64,000 nt of DNA from Mizuhopecten yessoensis (lineage: Eukaryota): the NCBI RefSeq assembly GCF_002113885.1, contig NW_018480074.1:1-64000 (forward strand), read 5' to 3'. Below are positions 51,990 through 64,000 of this stretch, one piece after another (the first letter of the stretch is position 1; the number at the start of each line of letters is the position of its first letter). A program made the translations under genes and the position numbers. Below the pieces are notes generated by a model, which worked only from the letters and a program-made list of their open reading frames with translations, made no database searches and had not been told where the DNA came from.

Positions 51990-52265
51990 ATGATTCTGTT
52001 GCTAAAATTATATATCATATAAACTAAAATGATATTCTATTACAGCCACGAACTCTGTATTGTGTTCAAAATAGAACTTTGAGGATGTCAAATGTTGCCA
52101 CACAGAGATTTGTTTGGACGCACTTATATTAATTACGATATAATATTTCGTCTTTTTTCCAATAAAACAATCCAAGAAAGGACTAGGATTATATTTATTC
52201 AGTTCGTTGCTGTAATAGAAAATCATTTTAGTTTATATGGTATATAATTTTAGCAACAGAATCAT
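51990..52265. mobile_element. MITE with ~65-bp TIRs
   Basis: atgattctgttgctaaaattatatatcatataaactaaaatgat.ttctattacagc.acgaact is mirrored at ~52200-52265. Confidence 0.8.
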
Positions 52266-53707
52266 ATTTCTTTAAAAGTCAAAGATCAATCCTTGAACGA
52301 TCTCTAACCATCGCTCATGATATCAAACTCCATAAGTTGATATGTAGTTATCTTCATATCATGTGCTAGTCTTTATAATGTCCCCAGACCTTGTGTCTCA
52401 TTTAAGGATACGATTTTTTTTAAGGTAGGAATTGAAATGGTTTAAACAATATACTACATCTAGTTGGACAGGAAAGATAAGTCACCTCAAGGATTACTTT
52501 GCATAATTATGTAGTTTTACCTTGATCGACAGAAACGCAGGGTTTAAGCTATTGTATTGTACCCTTGTTATTCAAGTCACTTCTAGCGTAACTAGAACAT
52601 ATCTACACCACTAAAAGGATCCCTATCCCATTGCACTGTGTTGTTTTTGTATATACAGTAATCTCCCCTTAATAACTGAAGTACAGTTAATTGGGCCAGG
52701 ACTATTCCGATGGCTGGGTAGCTAATTTGGTTGGGCAAATGGTATAACAATCTGAAGTAGAGGGCTCGAATCTCGGACAAGCCCCACTTATTTAATACCG
52801 TCAGAACACTGTTTTGATTACTGCGAATCACTTGATTTGTCGTCGTAAAGCGCTGTCTAGATCAACGTGAAATGTCTAAACTAGGAAATAAGCGTTATCC
52901 GAATCATCAAAGTATTTTATTTAAAGTTATCGGTTCTACTCTTGCTCTATCTAAATGACAGAAAGCATGTTATTTACTCTACCCGTCTCAACTCTTAAGC
53001 GCTGACAAGAATCTAAGTGCTTTATTTAAACTCGGCAATGCAACTCATTACCAATATCCAAATCAAAGTAATTAGTACTGTCTAAATCAAAGTGTTTTGT
53101 ACATAGTCGCCAAAACGCATCCGTTGTCACACATTTGGTTTCAAAAGTTTGAAAAAAATTCCTGTTCTTCTCTTGTATTCAGCGTGCTCGTCACTGTGAT
53201 AGAAGAAAAACGATTAAATGTTCCCGTTTACAGAAACGGTTTAATAGAGTTACATTATATCGGTCGCTACATGAAGCTGATTTTCAGTTTCTATTTGTTA
53301 TGCGTTTTAAACGAACTGCCGGCTTCATAGTTATTGACACGACATGTACATTGGCACTTACGCCATTGTAGAACCATCTTTGTATTCAAAGGAGGTATTA
53401 TTATTGTTGTACTCATTCTGGAATGGTTTTGGAGTTGCTTGCTGTAACGAGGAATTGCACTGCTAGAGATGATAATAACATCAATGATATTAAACTTTTT
53501 AACGGGAAACACTAGTGGTGTCACAGTAACGCTATCGACATCGATAATTCATTACTGATTTTGGTATTCCAACGACTTACCTGACAAATACTACAACAAC
53601 GCTGGTGATACGGCACCCTGATGTAGTTCTTTTAGCGAAATTGGCAATGTTCTGTATCACCATTTTGGTCTTCTTCACGGACTTTAGGCCTGGGCAGAAT
53701 GTCACTT

Positions 53708-54056
53708 CATCCTGCATACTCCATCCTCGATAACCAAGGGTTACGCTCACTTTCGCTCTCTGCACCCCTGGAATATGTCATAGCAAAATCGAAGGCTCNC
53801 ATACTCTAGGGGTTACGTTTATGTCATAGCAAGATTGAAGACAGCTGTTTGATTGGTCTCGGGTAAAAACCCTGACCATTCGCTGGGATGATATCTGTCC
53901 TTTGAAGATTACAAAGGGGTTACACACGACTTCAAAGCCAGTCAATTTTACCGCGACGCGACGAACATATTCTTTTGATGTATATCAAAGGATCAGACTA
54001 GCCTTCCCTTCCTGTAGTGAGCGACAGTGAGCGTAACCCCTAAAGTATCGAGTATG
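53708..54056. mobile_element. Longer copy of the Mutator-like family seen at 18374; contains an N
   Basis: catcctcgata.cca.gggttacgctcactttcgctc ... gtgagcgtaacccct..agtatcgagtatg; flanks aatgtcactt / aatgtgactt. Confidence 0.65.
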
Positions 54057-56191
54057 AATGTGACTTATGAGCTCTACAATGCGTTGCAACAGGTTACGTT
54101 AGCGAAGAACTACACTTACTTAAATTGATTAGTCTCGCAATAAATCCTTTGGAAGTTAGAGGATTGTATAAGTTTTTTCAGTATTGGAGTAAGTTTACAA
54201 TAACCTTGTGGTGCTGTTTATATTCTATATTAAGTAAATTTTGGATGTCTAATTTGGCCGCGCCATCAGTTAGGTGACCAGATTCCCTTTTCTTGTTGTT
54301 GAAACATTTTCATCATATCAAGATCTTGATAACTTCCTAGCTGTATGTTATAAAAAAGATGACCGTTATGTACTTGTTACGTCACATATGTGGGCTACCC
54401 ATATCGAGGCGATCACCGCTGATCTCGGAAACGGAGGCCAGCGCGACGTTCGCACTTTTTTAAGCCTTTTATTTCCTTATATGAGAAAATCATAGTGTTA
54501 TATAGCAAATCATTCAGGGAGCACTTTAAATTGTGTAATTCATGTACCCACCAGAGCATGATTATATTGATCAAACTTTGCTTGTTCGAAGCAGTATCAT
54601 GTCTGATTCCTAAATGTGTTGTTTATTCTTCGTCCTACTTTAAAATGTCGAAAGATGTGAATTATATAGCCTACGGAGCTATTTTGATATTTTCAAAGGC
54701 GGTTGTACGCTTTTATGCAATAAACCCCATTACAATTAGATGCGAAACTTTAGATTTAGTTTTCGCTGGTAAAGGAATTGAAGCGATTCTCACTATTGCA
54801 TCTTTTTTCATCTTTTATGTATTCCTTAATTCTCTGTGACATTTATTTCCCATAAATTGTATAGATTTTAGCAAATATGTTCTAGATATTGATGCGGATG
54901 GGGCCTTAAGAGGATTTACTATACTATACAGATATTAATCACTGTATGTACGTTGTAGCCAGATTCAAATCCCTTGTCATTATTAATCTATAAGTGATCT
55001 TTCTATTTACAAATGGAATGAGCAATACTTTTGTCGAGTTTTCACTTGACAGTTGACTTGTATACAGATAAACGTAGATTTTGTATAGACGAATAGAATA
55101 TAACGACAGTAAAATGTTCACAACTCAAAACACTTAATACCACATTTATAAAACATTATTTTATTCAGTTTTCGTCATATTCAAATTAAATATGTAAAAA
55201 ATATATTTTACCTTTTTATTTCATGTCTCAATTCGGCAAATACATATTCAGTATTCAATAATAATATGACAAAAATAACGAAGAAAACATTTTACTTCAA
55301 GTATTTAACAAAGTCATAACCGTTAAGAAAACATTTAAGCTATAAAATGATTTGAGTTGGATATCGGGATAAATTGATAACGGGATATTAATTAAAATGC
55401 CCAAACGTGTTATATTCAGCGTGTATACCCGGCTCCTTACACCTGTAAACCCTTTATCCATGATCACATAAAGCGTTTTCAGTATGTGTATTGGTTAGCC
55501 TCCTGAATGGTATCGATCCACATACTGCCCGGTACGTGCCTGAACCCATAGACGGGCCCTGAATACATAGAAAGCTAACGAGGTTATTTATACAGGGAAG
55601 TGATTACCTGAGTCAGATAGACACCATTGTGCTGTAGACTCTTACGACTTCTGTGGACGGATCCGAGTGTTTATTGAGACACTTTACGTATATACTAATA
55701 CATACGCCACTCGCTGCGCCATGACAACTATTTAAACAAGTATGGCGGCCTCCTGATCGTTCTGTAATGGAGTCCAGTATAGAAGATTGTAGACACGACT
55801 GTATATGGTGGAGGGATTATTTACCGCCAACCACTTACACTCCACAGATATGGTAACTATGTTTTTGTCGATTTGGTTAACACGTTTTTACCATGGTATG
55901 TTCTTATGTCTATTGTATTTATTATTGAACTTGGATTACAATGTTCTATTTTTGGCACATCGCATTCTAACACAATGGAACTAGATCTGTTATTTGCTAA
56001 TCAGTAGTCACTTAAACAAGTTGAAATCATAGCCATATAAATGTGCCATATTAGCCTTGCTAATACATGAATATATGCTACCATAAGTATACATACACGA
56101 TATTCTAAACACTGATGTACATACATTCTTTATCATTTCAGATATAAAGTGAACAGTTATACACATGCTAAGCACGATAGATTAGGAAACA

Positions 56192-57082
56192 ATGGCATCA
56201 AAACAGAAGTATTCTGTGACCCGGCTCCAAAAACTGCCTCCCATACGTGAGGAATCATTCGCTGGCGCATCTCCCCGGACTCCCCGAGTTCCCTATTCAA
56301 CCGCCTCAGTACCGGTCAAGGCAGGCTCTTCTATCCCGCCTTCTAATGAACCGAGGGCTAATCTGGCAGCTCTAAACACAACCTCACTAAGTAAGCCAAG
56401 AATACACGTCAGGCCGCTCCCGGGCGCCGATTCTGACGATGAAGTTGATAGACCACAGTTGATACAGAAGCCACGTCTGACCGTGGAGATGCCGATGACC
56501 CCGAACGATAGCCACACTCTGGTTGATGGACTAGTGGCAGACTACCTCCATTACGCGGCCTATGGCCACATTATCCCTGTGTACGAGGGCATCGGTCAGT
56601 TACAGTGTTCTTGTTGTAATGAAAGGAACAGAGAGAACGTCCGAAACCTTCTTGGCCTACCGTCCTCGGACAAAAAGGTGATAAAGCACAAGAGGGCACA
56701 GTTAGGTCGGCTTCAGCCTAAGTTTGTACCACCGACCAAACCTAAGGAGAATCACGAGGCTGACGAGAAGGCATGGAACGCGCCAAAGAAGAAACACAAC
56801 GAGAAGATCGATTGGAAGAACGAAAGCTGGATGAAACACCAACCGCTACCAGCGGCAACAAACTTTTTGAATCCCGAGTTCAATCGTCCTATATATGCCT
56901 ACCAAAAACCGCCCGAAATTGAGATACCTTCATTAGTGTTTGACTCTGTGCTTCATGCAAACACGAAGTACGACCAGTCTATGAAAAGATTGGAAAAAAT
57001 GTTTCGTATTGACCCGGAAATTCCCCCTAATCCGGACGAGGACTACCTATATAACGGTGCTCCAGAGTGGAGCGGCATTTAG
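56192..57082 (+). CDS. Uncharacterised 296-aa Pro/Lys-rich protein; single coding exon
   Basis: 891-nt ORF richer in GC than its flanks; acceptor tttcag at 56141; probable upstream 5'UTR exon ending ~55851; ordered-looking core DYLHYAAYGHIIPVYEGIGQLQCSCC. Confidence 0.8.
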   Translation: MASKQKYSVTRLQKLPPIREESFAGASPRTPRVPYSTASVPVKAGSSIPPSNEPRANLAALNTTSLSKPRIHVRPLPGADSDDEVDRPQLIQKPRLTVEMPMTPNDSHTLVDGLVADYLHYAAYGHIIPVYEGIGQLQCSCCNERNRENVRNLLGLPSSDKKVIKHKRAQLGRLQPKFVPPTKPKENHEADEKAWNAPKKKHNEKIDWKNESWMKHQPLPAATNFLNPEFNRPIYAYQKPPEIEIPSLVFDSVLHANTKYDQSMKRLEKMFRIDPEIPPNPDEDYLYNGAPEWSGI

Positions 57083-60000
57083 ACTCTTCATTGCTCAATT
57101 AATTAATACTGTTATATTGCTATTTCTGAATGTGAGTTGATTTCATAAACATTTATGTCATAAACATGTTTACATTGTTACTTACTTTGTTAAGCATAAT
57201 GCTATTATTTTAACATTTACTTTGCCCTACGTAATATTTTGGTTATTCATTGTTATTTCTTCAATTGCTTGAAACCAAAATTTGATACACCTCGGTAATT
57301 GACACAGACTATTCAGTGATTTAGTTGTACCTTTATTACCTTTGACTCTAAACTCCAGACGTTAAATACCCAATCTGAACAGATCCAGAAAGCTGTGTTA
57401 AAATGGAACTTCTAATACATTGCATTGTTAGTTTGAGGAACTGCTAATTCAATTATTCAACATTTTCTTTAAAAAAAAACAAAAAAAACCCAGCGGATAG
57501 ACAGACAGACAGACATTCTTTATTTCCTCCTTTAGGAGATTTCATATGTCAAAACAGTTTTACAAAATGTGTCTTAATTTATATATAAACATCGTTTTGA
57601 GAAGTAAATGTATTAAATAATGACGTATTGGACATTCATATAACAGCATTATATAATTCATAATACAAAATGTTCACTACAATATATATTCCTCATACAT
57701 CTTTTACATATATACGTTTACACTTATATATACATCAATAGGTTAATTATAGAAAACTCTCCATCTCACATACCATTCCTTTGATATTTCCAGCCATATT
57801 TATCATTAGTGTTTCCGACTCTATATCAGTCAAGTATACATGTGAATGATCGCCAAGTAAAAAGCTGCACTGGTCTTTGTTTTTAAATACTAAATATGAA
57901 GCGTTATCAACGCTTTTGTTAAGATGATATGGTTACAATCATCCTTGTCAAAATGGCATTGCATATAGCTATCATTTTTAAAGGTATCATTAAAAGTTTA
58001 GTCTGCAAGGGACGATCATGCGTCCACAAATTAATTATTCATTATTGAGTGTTGGTGCTTCCATCCAGTTCATGTCCTATTGCGTAAAATCATAATAAAA
58101 TAAGTATTTGTAAGCTAATAAAGCGAGGTATTTATTGTTTATTGCACTTGTTCGGGTAGGTAAGCCATGACGTATTGTTTTTCCTTAGTTATATTGATAT
58201 GATGTTTTATATTATTTCAGATTCCAAATCTGATTCAATCCAGATGTTTAATTCCACTCCGATACCCTACGTTCTTTGACTGGAAGGTAAATAATCGGAG
58301 TGGAATTAAAGATATGGTTTTGATCAGAATGTTATATTGTCATAATAATAAACTATTCCAAATTTTGAATTCACTAGGAAAAAGTTTGTGATTGGTTTAA
58401 ATATCAAGCAAAAGTTCCTTTTGTTTGCATGTATTGACTGAGCATGACCGTAATTTATTGACACTAATGCAAGCTTAGACAATAGAATATAACAAATGAT
58501 TAACTCCACATCCCGGAAACCAGTCACAATTTATTGTTAGTAAATTTATGGAAATAATTGTAGAAATATTTAACTTAATTAATAGAAAAATGTATGTATC
58601 TAATGTACGGTTGTTCAATCATTAATTTAATGGCATGTCAGTTAACTCAAAGTTATGGATTAATAAATTCGTTATCAATGCTAACATTTTGTTATTTAAT
58701 AGCAAAAACAAGGTATTGTTGTTGATAATTTTGATATAAGTTGTAAAACTTTAAACCTCGAATACTTACTTGTTATTGTTCTTGGGTAATAGATATTTCT
58801 ATTAGTTTTCCTCCGTATAGAAATGGTCGTTTTATCAAAATAACATTTTCGTGTCCATCGTGACTTAGATCTGTAGTGACCGATGTATAATCCTTGCAAT
58901 GATAAGAGACATTGTCACGATTCAAATATCTCTGTCTGTGGTGCAGGAAACTCGCTCTTATCGGAGTTAACCTCCGTTTTGTGGGGATTCATGCTGTTTT
59001 CCTTTGTTTGTGGTATCTTCTTTGTTTCTGTCATTGTCTTTTCGTAAGTTGATAGTATTTAAACTATCAGAGTGGCTGTTTCTAATGCTATTTTGAGAGA
59101 AAAAATGAAGACGAAGCAACGGCTTGTAAGTGGTGAATACATTATGTTCAGATACTAGTTAGATTGCAAACTATTTGAATAATTATAATAACATGAATAA
59201 ATGGGTTGGGTTTGGATGGATACATCGTGATCAGTGTCACCAGTTGAAGGTGTGTCAGTTTAAGTGCACATTGTAGGCAGCAGATAGTAGCGACGATGAG
59301 ACGGAGCTGTTTTTATACGGTGTACCTAGATAAAAGTTGTAAGCATTTTAAGAGCAAAGTATATATAATCAATGGATTTTATGACATCAGTCCGGTTAAA
59401 AAAATATAGTTGGTGTGACTCTTTAAAGCACGTAACATACACAAAGGTGATTGCACCTTTTGGATTTGGTAATAAATACAGTAATCCAAAAAAGAATTTC
59501 ACTGCATTGTACAGCTGTTTCGTTCTTCTAGGACTCGTCGATGATGCCAGGGGCCATACAAGTTGGAAATCACAATCGGTCTAAACAACTGTTGAACCAA
59601 ACACATAAACCCAGTCGATCAGTTTAATAATTGAGTATCTCCAGTCGCTCAGTTTGATAACAAAGTATCTCAAAACACATATTCCTTATAGCTCAGCTTG
59701 ATTAAAAAGTGTCAATACTTATCAATTCAGTGGTGTACTCGTTAAGTTCAAATTAATAATGTGTACAGTGTGTGAATGTTCAATGTTGTCAGTGGATTGA
59801 AGGATCGGCGAGACAAAAACATCTATATACGGTATGGCTAGTTACAAGTTAAATCGAAAATGTAATAATTTCAATAACAAAGTCATCAACTGATGTTTTT
59901 GTTGGTGTAGTTGGCGGATAGCTGGGTTGGTGGAGCTTTGAACTGTAAATCTCTTCATTTCCATGACTACTTATATTCGCGAAAGTAGGATAAATTACCT

Positions 60001-61262
60001 ATCCGCCAAGTGAACGGTCAATAATTGCGTTTCTTCTTTAAGTATTCGAGAATAGGTAGTCGTGTTTTGTAATAGACAACAGATACAAAAATCGATAAAA
60101 CTAGTCAACGATTTTATTTGACGTGCAAGCCCTTCCAATATCCATTCAACGTAATGCATCATTTTCTTTGAAATTTTCATCACAGATATATGATGACAGC
60201 GAATCAATAAAATTTATACTCAGCAATACTGAAACGCATCTGAAAAAGTCTTTATATAAATTCAGTGGTAAAACCAAAAGCAAAGTTCGAATTTGATTGA
60301 AAAGTTCAAATTTCTGGTTATAAAAAAGTCTAGTAAAAACCATCTGAATAAATACAGATATTGATTTGATAAGGATAGGCAGCATTCAATACAATGTCAT
60401 TACATTAGCAAGTGTAAACATAGAAACGAAATCAATGCGACTGGATAAGGTGAGGGGAGAAAATTAAAAGTTTGTGCTTATAAAATATGCCAAACAAACC
60501 GCATATGGCATAAAACATTATCAAATGGGGGTAGGGTAGGGTGGTTAGGGGGAAGGGGATACATATGATATTTTCTGTCTGTGTATTTGAGAGTGCACTT
60601 GAGACCAAATATGTCTCTATACGATTTTGACAACGGACTTCATCTGCTCAGCACACCGTTGCTTAGTCAGTTGTTTTACGCTCTGTGTTAACCGGTCATT
60701 TGCACTCTTTGTTTGACAAAGAAAAATGTGATTTGAATAGGTGTTGTATACAAAAACAAGCACTGAGTTTAAATTATCACTTTATTTATACTATAAACAA
60801 CGAAGCTATGCACATACTCTTTCCTAAACCATCCAGAAAAACGATGTATGATGTTTACATTCACCGTTATTCATGGAAGTGGTGAAAATAAAGACATTTC
60901 ATCACATTTACATAAATATACTTTGATATATAATCATGTGAGAAAGATACTTATGTTTAACACTTATATCTAATGATTATTGATAAATGGACATTCTTGT
61001 TTTACAAGCATTTAGTTTATCGTTGTCTATTGGTTTTGGCACATTATATTAGTTCTAGATTACAAAAAGTGAGCTGTTTGATGATTTCTTTCGTCTACTA
61101 GTCCCGGTTTTCGTTTTGCAGTAATTCGATCCGGGAGTCAGTTTAAAAAGAGATTTAAACTTCTTATCTATATGTCTCAGATAACATTATCCCACTCTGC
61201 ATGTTGGGTGCATTGTGTTCATTACTGGTTCTTAGTGGACATTAGGCACCCTGGTCAGATTA

Positions 61263-62493
61263 CTAGTCGGCATTCGGACTAGAGTCATCCAGATAATGAC
61301 CTTCAACAGACTCTATCACTTCATGGACAGCTATTCTGAAGGGATCCGTTGCCTCGGGATCGGCCATCAACCTGTCATATACAATATTATTAAGTATTAC
61401 ACAATAAGATGTAAAGACGTATTGTATTACTTTAGAGTGTACAGCGGTTCTAAAAAAGACAGTTGTGAGCCAATTTCAATATAAACGATAGGATCAGCAA
61501 ATTACTATTATTAACAACATGCTAAGTGTTCTACGTAATTAGACAATCACTTTTATATGCTTAGCTATCCATAAACCTCAGAGAAGGAGAGGAACTCAGA
61601 AAATATCGAATGCTTTGAACAGGATCACTATTTCAAAAGCAGTATTTTTACTGTTTAAATCGTTGTCCGTGGAATGAAATACTTATATTTCAATTCATAA
61701 ATAATTATATACGTACGTATTTATATTAAAAAACCCCAACAATTTTCTTTTGTATAATTGCCTTCAAATGCATTCATGGGGTAATTTAGAGTTGCACTGC
61801 ATTCAATAGGTATTCTTTGTCAATACGACTGCCTTTTGGAAATGACAAATTTGATTTCTTGCGTAAGCGCTTCATGCTGAATTGTTCCATTTGAAAAATT
61901 CATATTTACTTTGAAAGCAAATAAAAATCATTTTTATTGAAAAGCTTATTATAATTATAATGTTATCTCACTGAAAATCACATTAATTTCTTCACCGTCA
62001 ATGACTTCAGATATCGGGCCATGGCATTCATAAACTGATATGAATGTGATAATTTGCAAGGTTAGATTTATTAATTTATCGAAAATTGATTTTTATTGGT
62101 CTTTGAAACATGCGTATTAAAGAAAAGCTAGTTTTCTCCGTACCAAACAGATGCTTTGCCTTTTCAGATCGTATTTAGGACGTAACTTACTAAACAGAAG
62201 ATTTCTCAGATCGTACTAAATTTAGGACGTAACTTCTTAATTCAAATGTGACTTACTGTCCAGGTGAAGTATTACGAACAGATTTTCTACCGTTTCACCA
62301 CGTAAGACTATTTAATATTGAGATTAAGGAAATCGGACCCGGACGGTCTTGTGTAATCAACTTATTACCATTCTTTGGACATGTCCAGTATCCACTGTTT
62401 AGCTTCCGTCAATCCCACCGAGTCACATGCCTCTATCAACGACCGGTATGCATGAATGTTGCTCTCACTTTTCTCCCGGGCAACTACCAACAT
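61263..62493 (-). CDS. Last two coding exons of a gene entering from the right; possible death-domain C-terminus
   Basis: Exon 62493-62369 (acceptor tttcttctttctaag, donor TG|gtaata) joins exon 61371-61263 in frame: MLVVAREKSESNIHAYRSLIEACDSVGLTEAKQWILDMSKEWLMADPEATDPFRIAVHEVIESVEGHYLDDSSPNAD*. Confidence 0.55.
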
Positions 62494-64000
62494 CTTAGAA
62501 AGAAGAAATATTCCTTATGATACAACATGTTTAGAAAACGTACATCTTAAAGAAATACTGAAACACACAGAAATTGGCCTACATAGAAAATAAAATTTAT
62601 ATAGTGTTGCGGTAGAACAGAAAAAAAACTTGCACAAAAACAGTATACAAAAAAAATCGATCATTCAATCAGTGTTATGTAATTTAATTGTCATTGTAAT
62701 ATACCACTTAAGGATCCTTGCAAGAAATACTGTAAATATGTATTGAAAACTGTTCTGGTATGACTTTAGCCTTAGTAAATCATTTCTGACAAGAAATCCG
62801 TACTTTGCAGGACGTTAATAAATATAATCAACAAGAGGTTTTTTATCGTAAAAGTAGCCAGTCTAGACCAGGATTCGAACACTTGGCATCATTGTTATAC
62901 TATCATTCTAACAAACAGATATGGCTGGTCAACGAATGTCTAAGCCAACTGTGCTGAAGTTTTATCGAAAACGAAGTTAAGGAGAGGATATTCCATATAT
63001 GGAAAACAACAGTGCAGTCAGACTGAGATCCTTCAACACAGATGCATATAAAAACGCAAATAATACCATGCAAAATTAAACAAAATACACCGAAATACAA
63101 TTGAGAAAGAAAAATTAACAGGAAAGAAATAAGTTAATAATCTAACATACTTATAACATAAAAGTAGAAGTGAAAGAAACGAAATCTGGCGCTGCTCACC
63201 ATTATGTATGCAATTAAGACATGCATGGGTTATTATTGAATATTGTTTTTAATCAGTCAAAGAATATCATGATTGTATGTCTTTAAATGAACGTTATTTT
63301 CAGTAATGGGACGTAAGTATTTCTAGTACCTGTCAAACATAGTTCATGTTGTAACATACTAACTGGTTATATTTTCAGTGGAGCTTCCAAGCTAGTCACA
63401 TGCATATTTCTAGCTCTCTGTGTTTCTGTACAGAGAGCTAATTTAGTCAAGAGAGTTTTTTTGGTGATCTCTGAGAAAGGAAACACGAAAGCAATCAAAA
63501 TATAAATGATAACGATATTGTAGTGAAAAGTGGTGATGGTTTATGTAAGGGAGACGTTCTAATGAGTTAAAATCAATTTATGCATTTTTGATGAACTTAT
63601 TTCGGAGTTTTTTTTATTGACCAATGTTACTAAATTTGGACTTGCACCCCGTCAGGGACCCCTAATTCAGAAGTGGGATTCCGTTCGCGAAGGTTCAAGA
63701 GTGGGCATGAAAACTTGGAAATATATTCGTGCTAGGATGCTGATATCTAAGCTACGACTAATACCAGCGCTACAGTGTTGGGTCAAGTTAAAAGTGCATT
63801 AGATAATACATCAGCAGATAGCGGTATCCCCGAACTACAGGATACAGGATATGATTCGGGCGATGCAGAAGTGGATAACTTGGCTGTCACGAAAGTGGAT
63901 AATCCAGAGAAACATATCTAGGTAGATGGTCGTACTTGATACAGTGATAAATATGTTAGATGATGCAGTGGCCGATACTTGGATACATGAAAAGGCATAT

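Noticed and set aside
62903-63100. Hydrophobic 65-aa ORF resembling a signal peptide
   Set aside because: Starts at TTG in a T-rich intronic tract, with no donor linking it to the 62493 exon.

Overview
AT-rich, intron- and repeat-rich eukaryotic DNA, most consistent with a bivalve mollusc (inferred from the repeat families and a perlucin-type lectin; species not determinable). Hand-spliced genes: PLGRKT (minus strand, 3 coding exons, 3' end off-window) plus a candidate mutually exclusive exon; a head-to-head small FN3-like type I membrane protein; two single-exon orphan ORFs (335 and 296 aa); a 5-exon EPN C-type lectin with an in-frame TGA; an 11-exon Acl4-like TPR protein; and the last two exons of a possible death-domain gene. 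The standout is an intronless, signal-peptide-bearing violaxanthin de-epoxidase-family gene (36761-37561, minus strand), a plant/algal xanthophyll enzyme family, sitting among ordinary animal genes. Non-coding highlights: a tiny LTR element with tRNA-like LTRs, two minisatellites seeded on exon/splice-donor junctions, a 2.3-kb 45-bp satellite, several MITE and Helentron-type families, and a decayed LINE. All calls are by eye and family comparisons are from memory; no database searches were run.
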